Source of the DNA: Basidiobolus meristosporus CBS 931.73
Lineage: Eukaryota; Fungi; Basidiobolomycota
Reading direction: 5' to 3'
Assembly (NCBI GenBank): GCA_002104905.1
Contig: MCFE01000348.1
Location: 25,434-89,433, forward strand
Length of the DNA: 64,000 nt
Part shown: positions 13,501 to 25,153 of the stretch, piece after piece
Numbering within the stretch: position 1 is the first letter of the stretch
Layout: each line of letters opens with the position of its first letter
Translations under genes and position numbers: made by a program
Notes under the pieces: generated by a model
The model's database searches: none
What the model was told of the DNA's origin: nothing
What the model saw: only the letters and a program-made list of their open reading frames with translations

Positions 13501-14173
13501 TCACACTGTTGCTACATGCCTTGCTCTCATTGGTGATATGAATCAGTGGGATACTCTTGGTATCCCACCTGAGTTCAGATGCACCGTAAAGTATATCCAT
13601 CTTATGTTGGATAAACCAACTCTTGCCAATGAGTAAGTTGTTGGCAGCAACAGGTAGAACCATGACATCTTGGTGTATTATCAAGTTGCCTAACTGGATG
13701 GGGCAATTAGGCACCACACCTACTGTTGTGTCCAGTTGGTCATTTGCTAGCTGTACTTGAATGGTGTTGTTGGGGACTATGTCTAATTTTAGACGTTTTG
13801 CTAATGACTCTGACATGATCAACATAGAGGATCCTGTGTTGATAAGGGCAAGAATCTCTTTATTCTCTATACGTAACTTTACATATGTACCTTTATTTGG
13901 TTTTTGCAGGACCGTCTGTTTGACCTGAAGGGTCATTATCTCCTTCAATCCCTCTGTCAGTTCCTTGACTAGAGCCAGGGCAAGTCCCAGTAAATTGGTT
14001 ATTGGAAGGGTTGCCTTGGTTTGCTCTAGTACCTTCATTATGGGGAATAGGCCATGGGAAGACGTGCTAGCGTTCTTTGTTTGTTTTAACACTTCTTCCC
14101 AAGGCTCATTCCGCACTTCAACTGTCCTGACCAGAGGGCTTAGATTGACTGAGTTCCGTTGGCCTCCTGGCAA
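10530..14173 (-). pseudogene. Gypsy pol (protease, RT, RNase H, integrase)
   Basis: ALINTGSS (PR); PWASPVVIVPKKDG, PFGLCNAPATFQ, YLDS (RT); CDGS..IGAVL (RH); GIDF, SNNG, HPPTNGLTKRMN (IN); WIGP near the C-terminus. Confidence 0.95.
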
Positions 14174-14202
14174 GGGACTCTGTCTTTTGATGCCTTCTTC
14201 TC

Positions 14203-15012
14203 TTAGGTGTCCGGTACGGCTTCTTGTCCGTACCGTTTTTCACATTTGTGAGCCCGGTGACCTATTTCTCCACTCACATAACACAGATACTGTTGTTGCA
14301 GTTGTTCCATCTGTTGGGTCAGGGCTTGTACCTGGGTCTTCAAATCTACAACAGCTTCCCAGAGTTTATCACTTTCTTTGGGGACTTCTTGGACATTGTT
14401 GATCAAGAGTTCTTGGACCTTTTGCCATAATTCTACTAACTCACAGTCTTTTGGGGAGGCAATTTTTCCTTTCTTACGGGGGATCCCTGTCCTTTGATCA
14501 TTTGTATCACTATAGGGTAGCCCCCATAGCAAGATGACCCCTCGCACTTGTTCAACCAGCTCTTGCAGCATTTTACATCCCTGTTGTTCTTTGGATGCCC
14601 TACGTCTTATTTTGTCGTCTAAGCCCATGATGTAATACCTCATGAGCTGTTGTTTGGCAATTTTGTCTTTTGGGAGACATTGAACTTGTTGGAGGAACAG
14701 TTCAGTGTAGGCTTCATAGCTCTCACTGCTTTTCTTCCGTGAGGACAGTAGAAGGGCTTTGTAGTGGTACCCTTTGGCATATAGAAAGTGTGTCTTGTAG
14801 GCTTCTTCTAGTGCATCCCAGTCATCTTTAACTGCATCTTCCAACCCATAATGCCATTGCCATGCTGACCCTTCCATATGTCTTGCAAACTCCCTTACTT
14901 TCTTATTGTTGTCCCATCCTGCATCAACCGCAACTCTCTCAAACTTATCAAACCATTCAAGGGCTTTCTCTCTCTTTCCTTTGTATGTTTTTAGTTTGAT
15001 TGTAGTAGTCAT
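14203..15012 (-). CDS. Gypsy gag
   Basis: Retrotrans_gag-like W..FE......W...K...F..H.EG.A..W; degenerate zinc knuckle CYVSGEIGHRAHKC; different frame from pol. Confidence 0.85.
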   Translation of the reverse strand: MTTTIKLKTYKGKREKALEWFDKFERVAVDAGWDNNKKVREFARHMEGSAWQWHYGLEDAVKDDWDALEEAYKTHFLYAKGYHYKALLLSSRKKSSESYEAYTELFLQQVQCLPKDKIAKQQLMRYYIMGLDDKIRRRASKEQQGCKMLQELVEQVRGVILLWGLPYSDTNDQRTGIPRKKGKIASPKDCELVELWQKVQELLINNVQEVPKESDKLWEAVVDLKTQVQALTQQMEQLQQQYLCYVSGEIGHRAHKCEKRYGQEAVPDT

Positions 15013-15029
15013 TACCTCACTTGTGCTTA

Positions 15030-15053
15030 TTTCAGCAGAGACGACACCAAATA
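15030..15053 (-). promoter_or_regulatory. Putative primer-binding site of the gypsy element
   Basis: Minus strand reads TATTTGGTGTCGTCTCTG directly after the 5' LTR; cognate tRNA not assigned. Confidence 0.5.
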
Positions 15054-15427
15054 TGTGGGTTATTACTGACTATACTTGGTGAGTGGGAGAGCTTGTAAGT
15101 CAAGTCAGTACCACTTGGTTCAGAATAGCTTCCAATAGGAGGTAGTAAGGTAATAAAGACTTGTGTTTATTTTGTCCCAAATCTTCTTGTTCTCTTGCTT
15201 GGTTCAATTGGGTAGATATATATCACTTGGGGGCTTAGATAATAGACAATGTGTTATAAAATAGGGGTGTGAACACCTTCCTATTATGGTAAGTGTTCTA
15301 ACTAGATAAGGGCAGGAATAGGAGAGAGGGCGCATGGGGGAATCATAGGGAGGATACTGAGGGACTTTGGGTAGGACTCTGGGGAAAACTCTTGGGCAAA
15401 GAGTGGTTACTGCATTTAGTACTCACA
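15054..15427 (-). repeat. Gypsy 5' LTR
   Basis: Direct repeat of 8795-9168. Confidence 0.95.
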
Positions 15428-16230
15428 CCAAGTACTGTGGACCATCTACACCAATCTACTCAAGGGGATCCCTTGTTAAGCTTCTCTGCTACTACAAGAA
15501 CTATTGCCCTGCAAGGTGTCATCCCACCATCTATGGCAACAAAAGTCCTAGAAGCTTTCATTCCCTGCTGACAGCAATGGAGAACCACCTTGCAGAGGGT
15601 ATGAATGACTTAGAGCAGGCTTGGAGTACTACGCTCAGAAGCTCCAATAGACTTCCATATCCCAGAGTGTTCAGCAACAGGTTCCACACAAGGAGTATTT
15701 TGGATACCTTCCCAGTCAGAATTAACAGACCTTGTGGAGGGCAGAGGCATGTTTATTCTGGCAAATACAAGGCACACTGTGTGAAGTTTCAAGCACTGTC
15801 TAACATAGAGGGTAACATCATCTGTTTAGTGTGCTATTTGCTGGAAGTAGGTACAACAAAGCACTCTGGGTAGAGAATTATTCAGAATCCAGTAGAGGGG
15901 AGAAATGTATGACAGACTTGGCATATACAGAAAAGGATTGTCAGAGATTAGCATGTAGTACAGCTTATAGGAAGCCAAGGAATGGTATGCTTAGCAGGAA
16001 GCTGAAGCTCTACAATGAGATATTTAATCATCTCAGAGTGGGGTTGGAGCATACATTTGGATATCTAAAGAGATTCATCATATTGTCAGGTAAATACAGA
16101 GGAAAGTCATATATAGGAGAAAACAGCTGAATAGGTAAAATAGTTAAGATACTTATCAATGCACAGTATGTTCATGCAAGAAGACATCCACTGAGAGAAA
16201 TGTGTCTGGAGCATTATGAAGAGTAAATAA
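15428..16230 (+). pseudogene. Remainder of the DDE_Tnp_4 transposase of the right Pangu-like copy (5' part at ~8713-8794)
   Basis: KYCGPSTPIYSRGSLVKLL.., ILDTFPVRINRP, MTDLAY and LEHTFG match 2735-3657. Confidence 0.85.
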
Positions 16231-16412
16231 AGCAAGGAAAGCACTACTCTGAGCAACATAAGTAAGATTGAGTAAAACTACTAGTAACTATATCCCACCA
16301 CTGGCATTATGGCAGAAATTATGGTGCCAGATGGTGCCATAGAGTGCCAGAACAATCTGGCACTATAAACAGGCTGGCACTTTGTGGAACTATCCAACAG
16401 AAGCAGTCTAGT

Positions 16413-17000
16413 CTCTGGATCATATGTTGCCAGCCGCATGACAGTTGTCCACTTGTACCATTTACATGGTAAGTTGCATCCTGGTATGATCTTGGCAAGA
16501 AGTAGTAATGAATCCTCAATGCCCCCATTACTGATATTAATGGAAGCATGCCACTTCTCCAGCCACAACATTATATTATTCACCAGTTGATGGACTGCTG
16601 GGCTCACTTGGCTCCATAAAGTATCCTTAGCATTTGCTTCAATGGGTGTTGTCTCATTGCATATAGGGATTTGACCACACTCATATTTGGTACTGTTGTT
16701 AGGGGAGATAGGCTCAAAATCCATAAGTGAACCTTTTTGTCAGAGCTTACACTCTGCATGCCATACTCAGAAGACTGAGATGTGCCCAAAGGCATCATAA
16801 ACTCACCTGACTCAGTTTGTGCAAGGTGGCAAAGATGGCCAGGAGCTAATATAGAAGTATCAACTGGCTGGCAAGATAATGTTGGTTCAGTGGTGACCAA
16901 TGAATGGTCAAGTATGACTTGGGTGGCAAAACACTGGCCATGATCCTTGTAATACCTCCTATGTGGTCTGCCTGCTACATGGCTCAGAGGCTTGCCACAA
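16413..17000 (-). pseudogene. 5' part of Tnp2 copy 1
   Basis: ORF 16281-16724 (..WHASINISNGG..LLL..) joins the 6357 fragment across the AGT TSD. Confidence 0.5.
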
Positions 17001-17280
17001 TAGCCACATGGTCTTTTTTCTCTTCTCTTACTGCATCAAGTCAAAGTAGTCTTGTCCATGGGGCAACCAGTTTGACCTTCAACAATGTAACACTATTATA
17101 TCACTTTTTGGTCAATACTCATGTGAACTTAAGAAAGTCTTGTATTTGAGACATTGCACCTACATGGATGTAAGATTCATTGCTGACATGCCATAGTAAG
17201 CATTTAAATAAAGTTGTGGCACCACATACACACATATATGTAACACTATTTCCCCTTTGGTTTGACTCATTTCAATATAT

Positions 17281-19210
17281 ATGCCGCCAAAAAGTAAAGC
17301 AAAGTCATCTGGTTCCCAACCAAACACCACCACTGATGGCAACAGAACAACAGCTGCACAACAGCCTGCTTGGACATTCAGTGCAACAAGTGGGGCTACA
17401 TCCAAAAAAGGCCCTGTGGACAGTGTGAGCATTGAAGGTAATAATATGGACTCCTCAGGCTCTCAGTCAAGTAGGCAATTGAGAACCTTGGTGCAGCCAC
17501 AAGCTGACAGTTATGCTCAGGCAAATAAGAATGTTGCAAATGCAGTACCCTCAGTTGCAGACCAGCAAGTGGCCATGATAACATCACCACCACCCAAATT
17601 AGCAAGTATGTTGTCTGCTCATGCCAAAGCATTAATGAAGCCATTCGGTGCAGTGGCTGATATGATAGATGTAATGACCCAGAGAAATCAGGAAATAGTC
17701 CAGAAACAGGATAAGTAGATAATAAGTGTAGAGCAGTCAATCTCTCAGGTAGAGAAAGCAGTAACTTTGCAGCAAAGAAGGAATTCAAGTAGCTCAATAC
17801 CACAGCCAAGAATTGAGCCATGTCCCAATGTAACAGCAGAGGAACACCATACAGTCTTTGAAGCACAACAACAGTGCCCAAAGATAAAGCCCACAAAAAA
17901 ATCTATCACAGTGTGGGAGGTAGACAATGTGGTGATTATACCCAAGCCTAAAAATCAAGAGACATTGAAGATGCATAAAGCCATTGAGTGCAATAATGAA
18001 GAGTGGACTAATATACAGGAGGCTGTCAGAAGTCAAGAATGCCATCACCTTAAGGCCAGCATACCATGGGACCATCAGGAACTTAAGGCCCAGCAGAATG
18101 CGCTTGACTTGTTCCATGAGCATTATCCTGGATTCAAATGGGCAAATGGTTTTTAGGCCAGTATTGGTATACTAAGAAAGTATCTTAAGAATAGCAGAAA
18201 CTATCAAAGGCAGAAGAATAAGGGTGCCATGGCTAAAAACTAGTGGCCTCCTCAAGCGCTTGTTACAAGCAAGGCCAAAAGCTCCAGACAAGCATCAAAG
18301 AGATGTCTGGTAGCTGGAAGAGTTCCAATGAGGGACATGCAGGCAGACATGGATGCACCAGTGCAACATTTATCAAGGAAAAAGTGTAGTACCACTCAAG
18401 AAGCACTTAGTCAAAGTAGCAGTGAAAGACCTGGCAGTTATAAAAACCAGCTGCTTTTACAGGAGCCCATCACAACTATGGCTCAGAGCTCAAAATAAGC
18501 AGAAAAGAAACAACAGGTTGCCAGTATTGGACAAGCAGGCCAAAACAGATGCATCAGAGCAGAATTTATCCTGGAGAAAATGTAGTTCTTTACAAGGAGC
18601 ACTTACACAAAGTAGCAGTGAAAGACCTGGTGGTGACAAAGGAAAAGGGAAAGGGAAAAATGTTTACCCAAGCCTGAGACAAGGAGGCATGCCAAAAAAT
18701 GTGTTCTTGCCAATTGATGCTGCAAGCCAGGAACAGACTGAATCCCTTCATAGGCAAGAAGAGTCACCAACAAGAAAACAGCTGCTTTCACAAGTGTTGG
18801 AAGCGCAGCCAGTTGAGCTACATTCCAGCAAGGTAGATGAGTTTGCTAAAAAAAAGGCAATTTATCTGCCACAGCCTCCACATCCTCCACTGTTGACAGA
18901 GTGAAGATCCCACTGACAGACAAGGCTACAACATGAAGAGCTCAAAAGACTGTCACAATGCTTTCATTGAAATTTTGGAACATTAATAGGCACACCAAGA
19001 GGTTGTAGAACTTCTTCAAGAGCAGTGCTCAAGAAAGCACACTTGAATATTCCAATAATATATTGCAAAGACTGGCAGATGAGGAGCTAGACCTTGCAGT
19101 GCTGGCTGAAGACCATGATGTGTGGGAACCAGTGAACAAACAGTGGCATAAAGCTGTTGGGTTCCTGCCAAAGTTGTGGAACCAGAGTGTTACAGCAGAA
19201 ATACTTATTG
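17281..19210 (+). pseudogene. Decayed low-complexity accessory gene, probably the second gene of an En/Spm-like element
   Basis: Chain of ORFs 17281-17718, 17767-18156 and 18353-18904; CpG-depleted; lies between two Tnp2 copies; no recognised domain. Confidence 0.4.
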
Positions 19211-19415
19211 AGTGATGGATTTTAGTGGGGTTTCTTGTTGAGTGTGGAGTTGGGCTTAATGTTAGTGTAGGGTATAGAGACTTGTATAGGTCAATACAAT
19301 TGGCAGTTGGGATACAACTGAAGCTTCAATGGAAATAAATCAATTTGTACGCATGAAAAGTAAGAGAAATGGTTGTGTCAGGAAGTAAGGAGTGTGAAAA
19401 GAGGCAATAGCCAAT

Positions 19416-20149
19416 AGACTTGTTCCATTGGATAGTGCCACATTGAGCCATGAGTGCCAAATGATGCCATAGTGTGCCAGAGAGGCCAAATGAGCCTCTA
19501 CCTGGCCACGGAGTGTGAGACATAGCTCCACATCTTCATGCAAAGCAGCCCTTGTGTTTCACCCATTGTGTTGGAGAAAATCCATTTTTTGACCGTTTTT
19601 TTTGGATCAAGGTTGTGCAGGATGTGTTAGACCACAAGCAGATTGAAGATATGCATCTGGTACTCAATACCCATGGCACTCTGAATCTAGCTCCTGTAGC
19701 TTGTATCATGTCACAAAAATGAATGGCACTATCTTGGTCCACTGGTACTATCTGGCACTGTAAGTGCTTTGTATAGATCTTACTTTAGGGCTAATATTTA
19801 AATATAGTGCCAGATAGTACCAGTGGACCAAGATAGTGCCATTCATTTTTGTGACATGATACAAGCTACAGGAGCTAGATTCAGAGTGCCATGGGTATTG
19901 AGTACCAGATGCATAGCTTCAGTTCTCCTGTGCTCTTACACATCCTGAGCTACATTAATCCACAAAAAAAGGTCAAAAAATTGATTTTCTTTTGCGCAAT
20001 GGGTGAAACACAGGGGCTGCTTTGCATGAAGATGCGGAGCTATGTCTCACACTCTATGGCCAGGTAGAGGCTCATTTGGCCTCTCTGGCACACTATGGCA
20101 TCATTTGGCACTTGTGGCTCAATGTGGCACTATCCAACAGAACAAGTCT
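19416..20149. mobile_element. 734-bp palindromic MITE, copy 2
   Basis: AAT TSD (19413-15, 20150-52); arms 19416-19762 and 19803-20149; 40-bp spacer similar to that of copy 1. Confidence 0.92.
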
Positions 20150-21527
20150 AATCAATGGGCACAAACATAGGAGGTGATAGAGTGTCCAGGATCAGAAAGC
20201 TAGCAATTTGACAGGGAACCAACCAAAAGTCACTTATACATTTTTGTGATTAAAAATTTGGCTAAGCTTTTTGTGAAATCTGGAGTCCAATTATTTTCAA
20301 CAGTCTCTGGACAGTGTCCTGACAGGATCAGTACCTCTTAGTCATGGGACTTTAACTTTGTGACAGCCTATTGATGGGATCATCTCAATAATTTTTCATA
20401 GGGCTCATTTATGTGCTGTAATAGCAAAAAGCAAAATAAAGAAATAAGTGTAACAGTTGTTTTGAGATATTGTTGTAATGGAATAATATTTGTTACCACA
20501 TACTCTATAAAATGGTGTATAATTTGGCTTGTATACAGGAAAAAGCCATATACTTATGTGTAGCTGTTCAAATAGAGGTTGGTTGCTTGTTGTGTCTAAC
20601 CAACCATGCAATGCTGTAACTGATTACCCATGCATTGTGGCTGCTTGGCTTCTTAATGCTAACAGTAAAGGTGTCTGCATGTGTATATCAGTCCTTTGAA
20701 ATCTCCAACTACTTTGGCTGACCTCATTTGCTAACACATCACATCTGTGGCTGACCTGAAGATAATATTCTTGAAGAGATTGGAATTTGGTATTTTTAGC
20801 AATATGACTTGACTTCCTATTTCCCTGCACATCTGACCTATAGAAAACTACCAAGAAGTGAGTCATAATCTAACATTCTCCACACACCAAGCAAGATGGA
20901 GTGAAGAATGGATACAGTTGAGGCATGGATCTATGCCTTAGGCTTTATGCACCTATTATAGCCACTCAAATTCCAACACAAACTCCTGGTATAAATGCAG
21001 TGGATGCATCAATTTAGTATTGGTTATCCACTTCTGGATTAATAGCTCTAGAATGTCAACATATGACATCCAATGCTTCTAATGTACTCTGTGTAGAAAT
21101 TTCTTCAGAATGCCTCTTGAATAAGTATACATCTGGTTCATCTAGTCCTTGTATTTGTACTGTTGTATATGGGTATGAATAATGATTAGTGCTTGAGAGA
21201 TATACTTTGTGTTGCAGATGCTCTGTAAAAGCTTGCAAGCTTTTTTAGATGCTTCAGGTATCTTAAAGGGCTCATTTAGCTTGAAATGCCTTTTGATAAC
21301 TTGGTCATTAGTATAAGGATATTGTTCAAAAGCAACTGCATTGCTCCCAGTGGAAAAGCTTGGCTCCAATACATTCCTCCTATCTTGTGTATCTCCAGCT
21401 TTTGAATAATTCCATATTCTGGCCAATTGCTAATAGCTTGTAAGCTTTGATACTGTGTATGCTGGCTTCTGTACATTCTGTCTGTGGGAAGGTGATGCTT
21501 TTAGTATTGGTGATTGAGAATGTAACT

Positions 21528-22182
21528 AGACTTATTCAGTTGTATAGTGGCACGTTGAGCCATGAGTGCCAAATGATGCCAAAGTGTGTCATTGAGGCCA
21601 AGTGAACCTATATTTGGCCACAGAGTATGAAATATAGCTCTTCATCTTCATGCAAAGTGACTCATATGTTTTACCCATTGCGCTGGAGAAAATTCATTTT
21701 TAGACCTTTTTTTTTGGATAAATGTTGTGCGGGATATGTAAGTGCACAGAAGAGCTGAAGACATGCATCTGGTACTCAATACCCATGGCACTCTGAATCT
21801 AGCTGCAGTGGCTTGTAACATATCACAAAAATGCATTGCACTATCTTGGTCCCCTTGCACTATCAGGCACTATATTTAGATATAAGCCCTAATGTAAAAA
21901 CTATACAAAGTACCTATAAGGCCAAGCAATACCACTGTACCAAATCCCTGCCTTCAGTCCTTCTGTCCTCTCACACATCCTGCACAACATCAATTCAAAA
22001 AAAGGTCTAGAAATGAATTATGTCCAGCAAAATGGGTGAGGCACAGTGGCTACTTTGCACAAAGATGAAGAGCTATGTCTCTCACTGTGCAGCCAAGTTT
22101 AGGTCTGCTATACCTCTCTGGCACATAATGGCACTATTTGGCACCCATGGCCCAATGTGGCACTATCTGACAAAACAAGTTC
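21528..22182. mobile_element. Palindromic MITE, copy 3 (older, shorter, spacer reversed)
   Basis: AGACTTATTC.. start and ..AACAAGTTC end; flanks ACT/AAT; arms homologous to copies 1-2. Confidence 0.75.
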
Positions 22183-22869
22183 AATATGTGTGAGTTACAG
22201 AGTAAGTCTCCTGCATCTCACATATATAACAGCAATACCAACAGTTGCACCCAGAAAAGCTGACCATCTTGCTGATGGCTGAGGTGTCTTCAGCTCAGAT
22301 TATTACATGAGCTTTGATATGATAGTCTTTATAAGTATCCTACTGGATAGCATACAAAACTCATCCAGCTATGTATGCAGAATACTGCAGCACCAACAAT
22401 GTCCTCACCTGGGAATACCAACTCTGCTCTGCCAATGAAGGCAACAGCCTGGCTCACAAATGCATGGACTGTCACAAAAGCTGGATCATACAAATATCAA
22501 ATATTTTTCCATTTTTTAAAAATCCTAACCTAATACCTTGGCTTTTATCCCAATCCCCCCTTGTTTGCCATGTCTGGGCTTGTTGCAGAAACTGTGGTCT
22601 CCTACAATCTTTACAACCTCTGGATGGAAAAGGTTGAACTCCTTGTCCACGTTTATTACAATGCTCTCTCTGATGTTGTTGGTCCCATTACTTCTGATAT
22701 ACATACCTGTTTTGTTTACAAAGACCAGGATTGTATTGTCCTCTGATTCCCTCTTATCCCCCACAATAAGTTTGTTATGGCCAAACTTCTCAAACATTTT
22801 GCCTATGACAATGAGGTCTTGATCCACAACATCATCCTTGAAGAACTTTTAGATGATTATGGTGACTGT

Positions 22870-23550
22870 TGTAGTGGGGTCACAGTGATAACCACTAACA
22901 GATGTGCTCATTCCCATATTTTCTACTTCCTATTTCTTAACTACACTTATTTTAGTGTTATCCAATTTGTCTTACCTGATCAGTACTATCCCATAAGCCA
23001 GCTGACTATCACACCTGCTTACCTTATTGCATAAGTTATCCCTCACTTTATGTAAGATTACTAGCTGTAAGTGCTTCTCTATTAGGTAAGTACCTGTGCC
23101 AGTACCTGTGGCACATGAGCAACCTGTGTCACCATCCCTACCATTTCCATACCATATATGGTATCCCTATGTTACACTGGTTTCAGAGTACTAATTCCTG
23201 ATTGGTTGGATGTGCTGTGCCTCTTAGAACCTTACAGCACCTACTTAGAATACTCTTAGCTCATTCTGATGTTATTAAGATATCTACTGATCTCTGGTAC
23301 CTTCTAGAACACCATGATTAGTAATCACCTAGCCAGTGAGAAAAGTATATAAGGGTGGCAATCCCTCAACAATAAGTCATCATCCCTTTTATCAATATAC
23401 CAACTTGTTGATTAGTGTGCTCACTGCTACCTGCTGCTACCTGAACATCCAACCCCAGACCACAGGACACTCCCAGGAGACCATGCTGACAGCCAACTGA
23501 CCTTGGAGGCACTACTTTTGAGGAATACTCAGAGTAGGTATCTTTTATTA
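22870..23550 (+). mobile_element. LTR-like sequence, probably a solo LTR (right end approximate)
   Basis: Starts TGTAG; homologous to 1-127; contains a TATA-like agtatataag; no TSD found. Confidence 0.55.
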
Positions 23551-23589
23551 TATTTTATTTTTTCCCAAGTTTGTTCTTGTACATGCAAA

Positions 23590-24615
23590 GATACTTTTCT
23601 GTCTTTGTAATTGTTGATCACAGCTGCATTCTTATCAAGTGGATGTTCTTATTACAGCCATGAATAACATAGAAACATTGCAAGAGACTAAATCCAGCCT
23701 GTCCAAGAAGATCAAGATATCTGATCTAGGAGAACTCAATTTCAACTTAGGGATAGAGTTCTCCATAGACCAAAGTATCCAGACTATCACCCTAAGTCCA
23801 TCCAGGCATATTCAAGATCTACTAAAGAAGTACCAAATGGAAGACTGTAATCCTGCAGCCACCCCAATGGAGACAAACCTTTACTTAGTCAAAGCTCAAT
23901 CAAATCAGGAGAGCCTGATGCCATCTGAAAGCCATGACTTTCCTCATCAATTTATGGTTGGCAATTCAATGTACATCATGCTTGGAACAGGTCCAGATAT
24001 CTCATATTCAGAGCAAACTGTGAGCTGGTATAATTGGAACTATGGATCTGATCATATGGCTGCAGTTAGGCATACTCTTAGATACCTGGAAGACACTGCT
24101 GATATCAGCTTAAGGTACACCCATAAGAATTTAGAATAGGACCTTGTGGGATACTCAGATGTGGATTGGGGACAAAATTTAGAAGACAGAATATTCACCA
24201 CAGGATACACCTTTCTTCACTACAAAGCAACAATTTCAGGAATTCCAGAAAGCAACCAACTGTATCACTTTCTTCCACAGAAACAGAGAATATGGCAGCC
24301 TGTGAAGCTACAAACGAAGCAATGTGGCCAAGAAAGCTTTTTAAAGTCTTGAGTTTATGTCAAGAAATGCCTATTACTTTACCTTAAAATAATCAAGGCT
24401 GTATACTACTAGATAGAGGTCCGGCTTTTCATGCTAGAATTAAGCACATAGATGTTAAGCATCATTTTATATGTGAAGCTATAGTGAATAACTTAGGCAA
24501 CCAAGCTAACTCTGCCACAGAAGAAATGAATGTAGACATAATTACCAAATCATTAGCTTGAGCCAAACTCAAATATCTTAGGTCAAAATTAGGACTAGTT
24601 GGTATGAGCATTTAG
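23590..24615 (+). pseudogene. Ty1/copia RT-RNase H relic
   Basis: ISDLGEL..LGIE, YQMEDCNPAATPME, GYSDVDWG, KHIDVKHHFI motifs. Confidence 0.9.
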
Positions 24616-24626
24616 TTAAGTGGCAG

Positions 24627-24974
24627 TGTTATAAAGATTTGTAATTCCACCAAAGTGCTCACCCAACTTTGATACTTGGATCATTACCTATCAGTTGTCA
24701 AGAATACTGACCAAATTCCTTGTTGGGATTACCTGGAATATATTCATCAAAATGTTAGGTACCCAGAACATGAGAATTCTCCAGGTTGTCCAAACAGCAT
24801 CAAACTTTGCACAAATGCTATTAGAACCTTCCTGAGCCTATTCCATGTGCTTGTCATGCCAAGATCATGTAAAAGTATCAATACTACACTTACATTCAAT
24901 AAATCATTAAGTGAAAACTACATACTCTACTTGTTCTCCAAGTCACTTCCAATATCTCCAAGACTCTGACAACC
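24627..24974 (+). repeat. Copia 3' LTR
   Basis: Follows the RNase H and a purine-rich tract; inverted homologue of 56667-57003 and 57969-58300. Confidence 0.75.
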
Positions 24975-25153
24975 AAGGACAGTATTTTCCTCCCATGACA
25001 ATTTCCTCTAGGCCTCTTGTCTGTAGCATGAACTTAATCTCCATCATCCCAACTTGGTGCTTGGATCCATTCAACTCTTCACTAAGGGTATATATTTCAA
25101 TAATGGCAGTGCTAGTCATTTCCAAAAGTGACAGCTTAGGGCTTATGACCAAA

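Larger units (their letters stand above)
8795..15427 (-). mobile_element. Full-length Ty3/gypsy LTR retrotransposon (6633 bp), mutationally inactivated
   Basis: Two 374-bp TG..CA LTRs; 5-bp TSD CCAGG/CCAAG, with the empty site reading CCAAG in the paralogue at ~3565; order gag-PR-RT-RH-IN. Confidence 0.97.
6358..16409 (+). mobile_element. Pangu-like DNA transposon, right copy (3414 bp once the gypsy insertion and one TSD copy are removed)
   Basis: Starts AGACTTGTTCCATTG, ends CAACAGAAGCAGTCT; AGT on both sides (6355-6357, 16410-16412); interrupts the Tnp2 reading (..YDPET|..LIPAC). Confidence 0.85.
19300..22860 (-). pseudogene. Decayed En/Spm-like Tnp2 transposase, copy 2, split by two MITEs
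   Basis: KAHVII.A.D.SAISKM.SFSG.NCWYCCYIC at ~22210-22330 resembles the GD.PA..GH..C..C motif; 20600-21520 is homologous to 1900-2600. Confidence 0.6.

Noticed and set aside
8795-15427. Classical ascomycete RIP (CpA>TpA)
   Set aside because: Only about 2 of 12 LTR transitions are in CpA/TpG context and the catalytic-site changes are CpG; reported instead as CpG-biased hypermutation
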